Source: Terriglobales bacterium (GTDB lineage Bacteria; Acidobacteriota; Terriglobia; Terriglobales; Acidobacteriaceae). From it: DNA of 64,000 nt. The stretch's first letter is position 1, and each line of letters starts with the position of its first letter. The DNA is taken from NCBI GenBank assembly GCA_035484735.1, contig DATHOQ010000042.1, positions 22,460 to 86,459 of the forward strand, given 5' to 3'. Below, piece after piece: positions 27,142 to 35,775 of the stretch. Made by a program: the position numbers and the translations under genes. The notes below the pieces were generated by a model that worked only from the letters and a program-made list of their open reading frames with translations, searched no databases and was not told the origin of the DNA.

Positions 27142-28277
27142 ACCGCAGGGATTTTGCAATCTTGTCATTCCCTCTGATAATGGCTCTGTTTTCCACGGGC
27201 TGTAGCGGCGGGAAAAGTGATCCCCAGGCGGAAGCTCCGCCACCGCTCAAAGTCGAACGCGTGGAGGACCGCAACGTGTTTCAAGTGGACCATCCCGAGC
27301 GCTTCCAGTTGACGCAAGCAGTGGAGCACATTGCGACGCATCAGTTGAAAGTCACAGGCACCGTGACCCCGGACATTTCGCGTGCTGTTCCGGTGATTTC
27401 CATCGCCAGCGGACGCGTTGTGGAGGTTGACGCGCGCCTGGGCGACACGGTTAAGAAGGGCCAATTGTTGCTGAAGCTGCAGAGCGCCGACATCTCCGGT
27501 GCCTTTTCTGACTATCAAAAAGCAGTGGCCGATGAAAAGCTCGCCGCTACTCAATTGGAGCGCGCCAAGCTGCTTTATGACAAGGGTGCGATCTCACTGA
27601 ACGATCTTCAGATCGCTCAGGACTCGGAAGACAAAGCCAAGGTCGACGTTGAAACCGCGGCCGCGAAGCTTCGAGTGCTGGGAAATCAAACGCTGGATCG
27701 CCCGACCGGCATTGTGGAGATTCGCGCGCCGATTTCCGGCATCATCACCGATCAGCAGGTTGCCAATGCTGCCGGCATCGCCGGGCTTGGCTCTCCGAAT
27801 GCGTTCACCATTTCTGACCTCGCCTACGTCTGGGTGCTTTGTGACGTATACGAAAACGACCTGGGCAACGTGCGACTGGGCCAAAAGGCGGATATCCGTC
27901 TGAACGCTTATCCTGACCAAGCTTTTTCCGGAATCATCGGCAATATTGGACCGGTATTGGACCCGAACATTCGCACGGCGAAGGTGCGCATCGAAATGCA
28001 AAATCCTGGCCTCATGCGTCCCGGCATGTTTGTAACTGCTACCTTTCACAGCCAAAAGAAGGAAACGCGAGCCGCTGTGCCGGCCACAGCAATTTTGCAC
28101 TTGCATGATCGTGACTGGATCTACGTGCCGATGCAGAAGGGTCAGTTCAGAAGGACCGAAGTTGTCGGGGGCGACATGTTGCCCGACAACATGCAGGAGG
28201 TTGTTTCAGGAATCGCACCCGGCCAACAGGTCGTCGCCAATGCGCTGGAATTCCAGAATTCGGCGGAGTCGCAATGA
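27138..28277 (+). CDS. czcB: RND efflux periplasmic adaptor subunit (CzcB/HlyD-like)
   Basis: Lipoprotein-like N-terminus LFSTGCSG and the biotinyl-lipoyl-like motif G.V..V....GD.VKKGQLL. It overlaps both neighbouring genes by 4 nt. Confidence 0.85.
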   Translation: MNRRDFAILSFPLIMALFSTGCSGGKSDPQAEAPPPLKVERVEDRNVFQVDHPERFQLTQAVEHIATHQLKVTGTVTPDISRAVPVISIASGRVVEVDARLGDTVKKGQLLLKLQSADISGAFSDYQKAVADEKLAATQLERAKLLYDKGAISLNDLQIAQDSEDKAKVDVETAAAKLRVLGNQTLDRPTGIVEIRAPISGIITDQQVANAAGIAGLGSPNAFTISDLAYVWVLCDVYENDLGNVRLGQKADIRLNAYPDQAFSGIIGNIGPVLDPNIRTAKVRIEMQNPGLMRPGMFVTATFHSQKKETRAAVPATAILHLHDRDWIYVPMQKGQFRRTEVVGGDMLPDNMQEVVSGIAPGQQVVANALEFQNSAESQ

Positions 28278-31200
28278 TTCGCGCCATCGTCGATTTTGCC
28301 CTTAACAACCGGGTGGTCGTGCTCAGCGCGGCATTGCTGCTCTTTATTTGGGGGATGGTCTCTTTTCACAACCTGCCGGTCGAAGCCTATCCGGACGTGG
28401 CCAACACCTGGGTGCAGGTCATTACCCAGTGGCCCGGCCGGGCCGCGGAAGAGGTCGAGCAACAGGTCACGATTCCCATCGAAATCCAGATGAATGGCAT
28501 TCCGCACCTTCAGCATGTGCGCTCCGCCTCCTTAGCCGGACTCTCCGTCGTGAATCTTATTTTCGACGACGATTCCGACAACGATTGGGACCGCCAGAAA
28601 GCCCTGGAGCGGCTTGCGCAAGTAACCCTCCCCCCGGGAGTCGCCGGAGGCATCGGCCCCGATTTCAGCCCGATCGGCTCGGTCTATTGGTACACCCTGA
28701 AGAGTACCAACCCTGCCTACGATTTGATGGACCTGAAGTCTCTCCAGGACTGGGTCATCAGCAAGTACATCCGCTCGGTTCCAAACGTGGTCGATGATTC
28801 CTCGTTTGGTGGCGTAACTCGTGAATATCAGGTCCGGGTGGACCCGGAAAAACTGATCTCCTATGGCTTGAGCCTGGCTCAGGTTGAGCAACAACTAACA
28901 AATAGCAACGCCAACGTAGGCGGCAGTTTTATCGAGCAAGGTTCACAACAGATCAACGTGCGCGGACTAGGCCTGGTCGGCAATGTGAGCGATATCGAGA
29001 AGACCGTGATCAAAGCGCAAAACGGCACTCCCCTGCGCATCCGAGATATCGCAGTGGTCACCCAGGGGCCCAAGATTCGCCTCGGCCAGATCGGAAGAGC
29101 CTACCATCGGGTGGACGGAGTGGTCGAGGATGATGACGACGTCGTCGAAGGCATTGTCTTCCTCCGCAAAGGGGCGGATACCGCCACCATGCTGGAATCT
29201 CTCCACGCCATGGTCAACCGGCTGAATGATCACATCCTGCCTCCCGGCGTCAAAATCGTTCCCTACCTCGACCGCGACGATCTGGTGCATTACACCACCC
29301 ATACCGTCCTGCACAACCTCGCGGAAGGAATGATTCTCGTCGTAATTATCCTGTTCATTTTCCTCGGCAATGCCCGGGGCGCCATCATCGTCTCATTGAC
29401 CATTCCTTTTGCGTTGCTCTTTGCCTCCATCTGCCTGGGCTTACGGGGTATTTCTGCAAATCTGCTTTCGTTGGGCGCCCTGGACTTCGGCATGGTTGTA
29501 GACGGGGCCGTGGTCATGGTCGAAAACATCGTGCGCCATCTCAATCGTCCTGAGGAAGCTCCCCTCACCCTGCTGGAGCGCATCCGCAAAGCGGTCCACG
29601 AGGTGCAGCGGCCCGTTTTTTATGCCATCGCCATCATCGTTACCGCATATCTTCCCATCTTTACTTTGCAACGGGTCGAAGGGAAGCTGTTCAAACCCAT
29701 GGCCTGGACCGTCGCCTTTGCCCTGCTTGGTGCGTTGATGTTCTCCATGCTGATTGCTCCCGCTTTGGCGAGCCTGCTTTTCCCCAGGGGCGCAACCCAA
29801 TGGCAAAACCCGGTGATGACATTTCTTATCGCGCGCTACCGAAATGCGGTTCGTTGGGCCATTCGCAACCGCTGGATAACTGTGGGCGGGGCTGTGGTTG
29901 TGCTTATGGTTTCGGCATTTCTTGTCTTTAGCGGAGTGATTGGCTCGGAATTTCTGCCCCATCTGGATGAAGGCGCGATCTGGGTCCGCGGAACCCTGGC
30001 TCCCAGCACCGGGCCCACCGAAAGCGCCCGCATTGCGGAGAGGGCCCGTGAAATCCTGTGCTCGTTTCCCGAGGTCCCGCAGGTGGTCAACCAGATCGGC
30101 CGCCCGGATGATGGAACCGACACCACCGGCTTCTTTGATACGGAATTCTTTGTCGATCTGTTGCCCAAGGAGAAATGGCGGCCGGTCTTTCACCAGGACA
30201 AAGAGCGTCTGATCGCGGCCATGGACCGCGAACTGGAGAAGATTCCCGGGGTGCTCTGGGGGTTCTCCCAACCCATTTCCGACAATCTTGAGGAAGCGGT
30301 CAGCGGCGTAAAAGGCGCGCTCGCGGTAAAAATCTATGGTGACGATCTGAAGACTCTTGAAGGCGAGGCGGATGAGATCGTCACCGCCATGCGACCCATT
30401 CGCGGTGTGGAGGACCTTGGCGTCTTTCGCGTGATCGGCCAGCCCAATCTCAACTTCACGGTGGACCGCGACCAAGCCTCACGCTATGGCATCAATGTCT
30501 CCGACGTTCAAGACGCCATCCAGACCGCCGTCGGAGGCAATGCCCTGACTCAGGTGCTCATCGGCGAACAGCGCTACGATCTCGTCCTGCGTTATTTGCC
30601 GCAATATCGGGATACCCGGGAGGCGATCGAGAAGGTACGTTTGCTGGCGCCTTCTGGTGAGCGTGTCTCTTTGGCCCAGCTGACAAGAGTAAAAGTACTC
30701 GATGGAGGCTCAGAGATTTACCGGGAAGAAAACTCCCGGTACGTGGCGGTCAAGTTCAGCGTGCGCGACCACGATCTCGGCAGCACCGTCGAGGAAGCAA
30801 TCAAAAAGGTCAATGCTTCGGTTAAGCTGCCCACGGGCTACACCCTTGACTGGGCAGGCGAGTATGAGAGCGCGAAGCGTTCCCAGCGGCGCTTGCTGAT
30901 CGTGCTGCCACTGACCATTCTTCTCATCTTCAGCATTCTCTATACCATGTTCAAGTCGGTGAAATGGGGCCTCCTGATCATGACGAACATCGCTATGGCT
31001 CCCAGCGGCGGCCTGCTTGCGCTGCTGGTCACCGGGACCAACTTCAGCGTGTCATCAGGGGTCGGCTTTCTCGCCTTGTTCGGCGTATCGGTACAGATCG
31101 GTGTCATCATGCTGGAATATATCAATCAGCTTCGGGCCCGCGGGTATGACATTGAGGACGCTGCCGTCGAGGGGGCCGTCTTGCGGCTTCGACCCATCAT

Positions 31201-31411
31201 GATGACCATGCTGGTGGCAACCCTGGGCCTGTTGCCCGCCGCGCTCTCTCATGGCATCGGATCGGATTCTCAGCGTCCTTTTGCCATCGTCATTGTTGGC
31301 GGCCTGATTGCCGACTTGATCATCAGTATCATCCTGTTGCCGACCTTGTACGCCTGGTTTGCACGCAGTTCCGATCGGCTGCCCGAGGCTGACCCGAACG
31401 AAGCCGTGTAA
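28274..31411 (+). CDS. czcA: Heavy-metal efflux RND transporter, CzcA/CusA family (divalent-cation type)
   Basis: A 1045-aa, 12-TM RND protein. TM4 contains DFGMVVDGAVVMVEN, matching the DFG..DGA..VEN signature I recall for divalent-cation HME-RND pumps rather than the Cus type. Confidence 0.88.
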   Translation: MIRAIVDFALNNRVVVLSAALLLFIWGMVSFHNLPVEAYPDVANTWVQVITQWPGRAAEEVEQQVTIPIEIQMNGIPHLQHVRSASLAGLSVVNLIFDDDSDNDWDRQKALERLAQVTLPPGVAGGIGPDFSPIGSVYWYTLKSTNPAYDLMDLKSLQDWVISKYIRSVPNVVDDSSFGGVTREYQVRVDPEKLISYGLSLAQVEQQLTNSNANVGGSFIEQGSQQINVRGLGLVGNVSDIEKTVIKAQNGTPLRIRDIAVVTQGPKIRLGQIGRAYHRVDGVVEDDDDVVEGIVFLRKGADTATMLESLHAMVNRLNDHILPPGVKIVPYLDRDDLVHYTTHTVLHNLAEGMILVVIILFIFLGNARGAIIVSLTIPFALLFASICLGLRGISANLLSLGALDFGMVVDGAVVMVENIVRHLNRPEEAPLTLLERIRKAVHEVQRPVFYAIAIIVTAYLPIFTLQRVEGKLFKPMAWTVAFALLGALMFSMLIAPALASLLFPRGATQWQNPVMTFLIARYRNAVRWAIRNRWITVGGAVVVLMVSAFLVFSGVIGSEFLPHLDEGAIWVRGTLAPSTGPTESARIAERAREILCSFPEVPQVVNQIGRPDDGTDTTGFFDTEFFVDLLPKEKWRPVFHQDKERLIAAMDRELEKIPGVLWGFSQPISDNLEEAVSGVKGALAVKIYGDDLKTLEGEADEIVTAMRPIRGVEDLGVFRVIGQPNLNFTVDRDQASRYGINVSDVQDAIQTAVGGNALTQVLIGEQRYDLVLRYLPQYRDTREAIEKVRLLAPSGERVSLAQLTRVKVLDGGSEIYREENSRYVAVKFSVRDHDLGSTVEEAIKKVNASVKLPTGYTLDWAGEYESAKRSQRRLLIVLPLTILLIFSILYTMFKSVKWGLLIMTNIAMAPSGGLLALLVTGTNFSVSSGVGFLALFGVSVQIGVIMLEYINQLRARGYDIEDAAVEGAVLRLRPIMMTMLVATLGLLPAALSHGIGSDSQRPFAIVIVGGLIADLIISIILLPTLYAWFARSSDRLPEADPNEAV

Positions 31412-31460
31412 GTGCTGTCTTTGAGAATGAGTGTGCTTAATGCACCGGAGGGATTCGACC

Positions 31461-32171
31461 ATGACCAAAGACGAAGTCTGCTCGCGAATTCGAGAAATTG
31501 CCATCATTCCTGCCATCAGGGTCTCATCGGGTACTGATGCACATTTCGCGGCCGAGGCCGTAACGGGCGGTGGCATACCGATCGTGGAAATCACGATGAC
31601 CGTACCCGGAGCGGTGGAATTGATGGCCCACTTGATTCGTTCGGATCCCAAGCTCATCGTTGGCGCGGGCACCGTGCTCGATACCGACGTGGCGCGCCTG
31701 TGCGTGGATGCGGGCGTGAGTTTTGTCACCGCTCCCTCACTGAATCCTGCGATCCTGGAATTCGCGGCCAAGCAGAATGTAGCGGTGCTTCCGGGCGCCT
31801 TGACGCCGACTGAAGTGGTCACGGCATGGAGCGCTGGCGCCGATTTCGTTAAGGTGTTTCCGTGTGGTCCGATCGGTGGGGAGAGGTATATCAAGGCGCT
31901 GCATGATTCCTTGCCGCAGATTCCATTAATTGCCGCGGGAGGAGTGAATCAGCAGACAGCGGCCAGTTTCATTTTGTCGGGGGCGATCGCCATCGGGGTT
32001 GGCACGGAATTGATTCCGACCGAAGCGATTGCAAGAAGACAATCGAAGCGCATTCACGAATTGGCCCGCCGGTTCACAAAACTCGTGAAAGATGCGCGCG
32101 AACAGATCGAAACCTGGAAACGCAGCCAGGTCGTTAAGGAATTCACAGGAACCGAAAAGTGTGAAAAGTAG
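31461..32171 (+). CDS. eda: KDPG / 4-hydroxy-2-oxoglutarate aldolase
   Basis: ATG 31461 follows GGAGGGA. Motifs IIPAIR, GGIPIVEITMT, VGAGTVLD, PGALTPTEV and ADFVKVFPC include the Schiff-base Lys region. Confidence 0.8.
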   Translation: MTKDEVCSRIREIAIIPAIRVSSGTDAHFAAEAVTGGGIPIVEITMTVPGAVELMAHLIRSDPKLIVGAGTVLDTDVARLCVDAGVSFVTAPSLNPAILEFAAKQNVAVLPGALTPTEVVTAWSAGADFVKVFPCGPIGGERYIKALHDSLPQIPLIAAGGVNQQTAASFILSGAIAIGVGTELIPTEAIARRQSKRIHELARRFTKLVKDAREQIETWKRSQVVKEFTGTEKCEK

Positions 32172-32406
32172 CGAGTTCGCTCGACGCGCATAACTTTGAC
32201 CACGGACAGTCGCCGATCAGTAGGTCCTCCGAATGAAGACCATTCCTGATTTCTCCCCAACTATTGCTGCCGGAATAATCGGTCGTTCGATCGGTTCGTA
32301 ATCAGCGAGAAGGAAAACGAGAAGCCCGGCGGATGATCCGCGCTGCTGGAAGTTATTGTGCGATATCAAAATATGTCAGTAAGCCTTTGACAGTGAATGA
32401 GTTATT

Positions 32407-32775
32407 TGGTGGAGGCGGCGGGAGTCGAACCCGCGTCCGAAAATGTTACTGGTCAAGAGCCTACATGCTTATTCCAGTTCATGCCCCAGGCATTACCCTG
32501 GGACGTTCGCGGCCCCCGCTCAGAACGGACAAGAAACGGTTGCCGCTAGCCTGATGATCTCATCCGCCCTACTCAGACGTGGCAGGGAAGACCAGCCCGC
32601 TGTGTGACGTCCGCTCGCAGCCCACGGGCGAAGCTGCGGAAGACGGCAACTTAATTAATTAAGCTGCGTATGCCATCTGTTGATTGGCAATTATCATTTT
32701 GTCCACGATTACGGGTGTGAACACCCCGGCATGCCTCTTGGCCGCAAGCATCTCCGTCGAAGCCGTGACGCCCCC
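32407..32775 (-). ncRNA. ssrA: tmRNA (SsrA)
   Basis: The 5' end GGGGGCGTCACGGCTTCGACGG pairs with the 3' end GGACGCGGGTTCGACTCCCGCCGCCTCCACCA, giving an acceptor stem with G3:U and T-arm GCGGG/TTCGACT/CCCGC. The tag reading frame GCC AAT CAA CAG ATG GCA TAC GCA GCT TAA (32659-32688) encodes ANQQMAYAA. Confidence 0.93.
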
Positions 32776-32846
32776 ACTGGTGGGATTTGGCCTATAAAGA
32801 ACTGCTTCCATTCTACAAGAAGGGAAGTCAGACAGTTGGTTAGATG

Positions 32847-32865
32847 CCTAAACCGATGGTTTAGG
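32847..32865 (-). terminator. Hairpin downstream of the Y-family polymerase gene
   Basis: CCTAAACC-gat-GGTTTAGG, a perfect 8-bp stem 27 nt after the stop. There is no clear U tract, so function is uncertain. Confidence 0.35.
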
Positions 32866-32891
32866 TACATCAGTGCAAGCAAGCGGCAATT

Positions 32892-34166
32892 CTAAAAATC
32901 CGCCAATTCCGGCACGCTGAAAAACGGGATACGGGTGGGAGCAGCATCTCCCAAGCCATGCAGCCCGCCTAAGTACACCATGTGTTGTCCGTAACGTTTA
33001 TTGATCTCATCCATGGTGCTGCTTACGATTTCACGTTTTGGGTCATCGAAAAAGCCCAGAGTGTGCAACTCATCGGGGATCAAATCGAACAGCCACACGC
33101 CGACATGCACCGGAGTGTGAGACGGGCAGTCTTTCCATAGCGCGCGAAAATGATCTTGCAGGGTCATGGTGTCGCGGCAGGCGGAAACATTTCTGTGAGC
33201 ATTCCATCCGGAAGGAATATCGCTATTTTTTATTTCTTTCCCCCAGTGGGTAAATGCGATTGTAATGCCGATACCGCGTGCCCACAGATTCAAGCGCCGC
33301 AGTTTGATGGCGGCATTGCTTAATAGTTTAAGCGCCACATTGTAGGCCTGTTCCCGGGTCCGGTACTTTGGCGCCAGCACATGTTGCTTGCCGATGCTTC
33401 TACGCGGGGAGTCGGGTTTTTCTTTCCAGTCCTCGCCACGCAGCCAGTACCACATGGTTTCTCCCAGTACGCTGCCCCAGATCTCCCGCATTTTTTGCGA
33501 CGACAACAGGCAAAGTTGTTCGACCGTGGTAATGCCGTGTTTATGCAGCCGCTGCTCCATGGCATGGCTGATGCCCACGATATCGCGCAATTTCATGCAA
33601 TGCAGAGCACGGGGAAGGTCCGACTTTAGCAGGATGGTCAAGCCATCGGGCTTACAGAGGTCAGCGGCAGTTTTGGCTAGATAGCAGTTGGGTGCAAGAC
33701 CAATGGAACATCGCAAGGCCACCCCAAGATTACGAATCGATTGCTTGATTCTGTACCCCAGGATTGTGGCGTTGGGTAGGAACTGTTCGCGGCCCATGAG
33801 TTGACATGCCATCTCATCCACCGAAAAAGCCTTATAAACGGGCAGGTTTTCTTCCATGGCCCCGATAATTTTCTTTTGATATTCCACATACAGTTTGGGG
33901 CGGGCGACCACAAGGTTTATATGGGGACACAGAATTTTAGCGTCTTTCACCGAGGTGCCGGTTTTGACACTGTACGCTTTGGCCTCATAACTCGCTGCCA
34001 GGCAACACGTGGAATCGGTGTTCACCGCTACTACGCCGACCGGCCTTCCCCGCAATTCCGGACGATCTTGTTGCTCCACCGAAGCGAAGTAAGAATTCAG
34101 GTCTAAAAAAAGCCAGCCCACGCGCGGATGTTCTCTTTCGGCGTAGGCTGGCAAAGAAGCATTCAT
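32892..34166 (-). CDS. Y-family DNA polymerase (DinB/UmuC-like)
   Basis: WLFLDLNSYFASVEQQDRPELRGRPVGVV carries the catalytic D..SF.ASVE motif. FSVDEMAC and the HhH region GISHAMEQRLHKHGITTVEQL are also present. Confidence 0.8.
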   Translation of the reverse strand: MNASLPAYAEREHPRVGWLFLDLNSYFASVEQQDRPELRGRPVGVVAVNTDSTCCLAASYEAKAYSVKTGTSVKDAKILCPHINLVVARPKLYVEYQKKIIGAMEENLPVYKAFSVDEMACQLMGREQFLPNATILGYRIKQSIRNLGVALRCSIGLAPNCYLAKTAADLCKPDGLTILLKSDLPRALHCMKLRDIVGISHAMEQRLHKHGITTVEQLCLLSSQKMREIWGSVLGETMWYWLRGEDWKEKPDSPRRSIGKQHVLAPKYRTREQAYNVALKLLSNAAIKLRRLNLWARGIGITIAFTHWGKEIKNSDIPSGWNAHRNVSACRDTMTLQDHFRALWKDCPSHTPVHVGVWLFDLIPDELHTLGFFDDPKREIVSSTMDEINKRYGQHMVYLGGLHGLGDAAPTRIPFFSVPELADF

Positions 34167-34228
34167 TGACGCGAAAACAAGATAGCAAATAGGCGAACAA
34201 AAAGCAAAACTAAACTACTCGACACAAA

Positions 34229-34256
34229 ATGCATAATATGCAAGAATAGCATGCAT
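34229..34256. promoter_or_regulatory. Cluster of ATGCA(T) half-sites in the divergent promoter region
   Basis: ATGCATAATATGCAAGAATAGCATGCAT contains the near-palindrome TGCATAATATGCA (34230-34242) and ATGCAT (34251-34256), 11-38 nt upstream of the 34267 ATG. Confidence 0.4.
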
Positions 34257-34266
34257 AGAGAGGCCT

Positions 34267-34701
34267 ATGAGTGTTGCAATCACGCGTTCTGATTCGGATC
34301 TCGTCCGCCAACATGTTGCCGAGCTTTATCTTCTCACCGCCCGACGTCACGGCAACCGGACCTTTTCGGTGAATGTCGGTGCTGTTCACAAAGCTTTGGG
34401 ATTGAACAACCGCGTCCCATTGGTGTGTGCCGCCCTAACTTCCAAGAAATTTCTGGTCCAGAATGGACTCAAGCTGATTTCGAAAACCGGACCGCCATCC
34501 GGGCAAAGCACGACCGTCACTTACACCTATGAGTTTGTCGATCGCGATGAACAAGACTCGACTCTCGCCGACCCCTGGCTAAAGGTTCGCGGCATCGCTA
34601 AGGACGTGTTCGCGGCGCTGGGTGGCGGGGAAGCCTTTATCCGCGAAGAACGAGCAAACTTCTACGGCTCCGGCAGTGACGAGTCCGGTAAGAGGCGTTG
34701 A
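34267..34701 (+). CDS. Hypothetical protein, putative atypical antitoxin of the downstream PIN toxin
   Basis: A 144-aa protein whose stop lies 3 nt before the PIN gene ATG (tight coupling). No known antitoxin family recognised. Confidence 0.45.
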   Translation: MSVAITRSDSDLVRQHVAELYLLTARRHGNRTFSVNVGAVHKALGLNNRVPLVCAALTSKKFLVQNGLKLISKTGPPSGQSTTVTYTYEFVDRDEQDSTLADPWLKVRGIAKDVFAALGGGEAFIREERANFYGSGSDESGKRR

Positions 34702-34704
34702 AAC

Positions 34705-35130
34705 ATGAGCCGGATCTATTGGGACACGATGTTATTTGTCTACTGGCTGGAAGATCATCCGCGTTACGCCAAGCGGGTGCGCCAACTGCTTGAAAAGATG
34801 AGGCAGCGGCAGGACCAGCTTTACACGAGTTCCTTTACTGTCGGTGAAACCTTGGTAGGCTTCTACAAAACGGGTTCTGACGAAGCCGCCAGGGAGGTTC
34901 GAGAGATCTTCCGATCGCCTGTTGTGGAAGTGATACCTTACACCTTGGAGACGGCAGACTTTTTTGCGCGGATTCGTGCTAAAGAAAAAGTTTCGCCGGT
35001 TGATGCGATCCATCTCGCCTGCGCCGCACAGGCGCACATTGATTTGTTCCTGACCAATGACACCGCACTCGTCGGCAAAGTGATTCCGGGAATTCAATTC
35101 ATCGCCGGCATCGATCCAAATATTATCTGA
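34705..35130 (+). CDS. vapC: PIN-domain toxin (VapC family)
   Basis: A 141-aa protein with acidic residues placed as in PIN domains (YWDTMLFVYWLED, TVGE, DAIHLACA, LTND). Confidence 0.75.
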   Translation: MSRIYWDTMLFVYWLEDHPRYAKRVRQLLEKMRQRQDQLYTSSFTVGETLVGFYKTGSDEAAREVREIFRSPVVEVIPYTLETADFFARIRAKEKVSPVDAIHLACAAQAHIDLFLTNDTALVGKVIPGIQFIAGIDPNII

Positions 35131-35734
35131 GCGGTTTGACCGCGTGGGCAAGCCTTTCTTCTAGTTTCTTTTTCACCTCCGGCCACTCACTGTCCAGAAT
35201 GCTGAAGTACACCGTATCGCGTACCCGTCCCGTCCACGTCACCAGATGCCTGCGCAGCGTGCCTTCTTCTTTGGCCCCAATCCGTAAGATGGCATTGCGC
35301 GACTTCTCATTCAGCGCGTCGGTTTTCAGTTCGACTCGGATGCATTTCCACTCCTCGAAGGCGTGGCGCAGCATCAGATATTTGGCCTCCGTGTTAATCG
35401 CTGATCGTTGCCACGCTGGCGCAATCCAAGTTGATCCAATTTCCACGCGCTGGTTCGCGCGATCAATATTCATGAACCGAGTGCTTCCAATGAGCCTGCC
35501 GGATGTGCGTTCAGCCGTTACAAACACCAGCGACTCGCCGCCGGCTTGTTCATGAAAAGCTTTCTCCGACCATTTCTCAAAATTGTCGGAGGTTCGCATG
35601 GGGTAGGGAATCCAGCGAAAGATGTCTTCCGCCGATTCTTTTGCCACCTCCCACAATGGCTTCCACTGTTCTCGCCGGATCGGCTCCAGCCGCACCGCGT
35701 TTCCTTCCAGAGTTACGGTTTGAATATTCATCAT
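35123..35734 (-). CDS. GNAT-family N-acetyltransferase (RimJ/RimL-like)
   Basis: Motifs VRLEPIRREQW, IGSTWIAPAWQRSAINTEAKYLMLRHAFEEW and VELKTDALNEKSRNAILRIGAKEEG. The start is placed at the MMNIQ Met pair (35734). Confidence 0.8.
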   Translation of the reverse strand: MMNIQTVTLEGNAVRLEPIRREQWKPLWEVAKESAEDIFRWIPYPMRTSDNFEKWSEKAFHEQAGGESLVFVTAERTSGRLIGSTRFMNIDRANQRVEIGSTWIAPAWQRSAINTEAKYLMLRHAFEEWKCIRVELKTDALNEKSRNAILRIGAKEEGTLRRHLVTWTGRVRDTVYFSILDSEWPEVKKKLEERLAHAVKPLR

Positions 35735-35775
35735 GGAATCGTCGCACTTGCGCCACGCATCCAGCATAATAAACT

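Noticed and set aside
29441-30475. A 344-aa ORF antisense to the RND transporter gene. The same reasoning applies to 31055-31894, 20197-20994, 18362-19048, 54740-55462 and 62564-63427.
   Set aside because: All lie opposite strongly supported genes and have no motifs. They are artefacts of low stop-codon frequency in GC-rich sequence.
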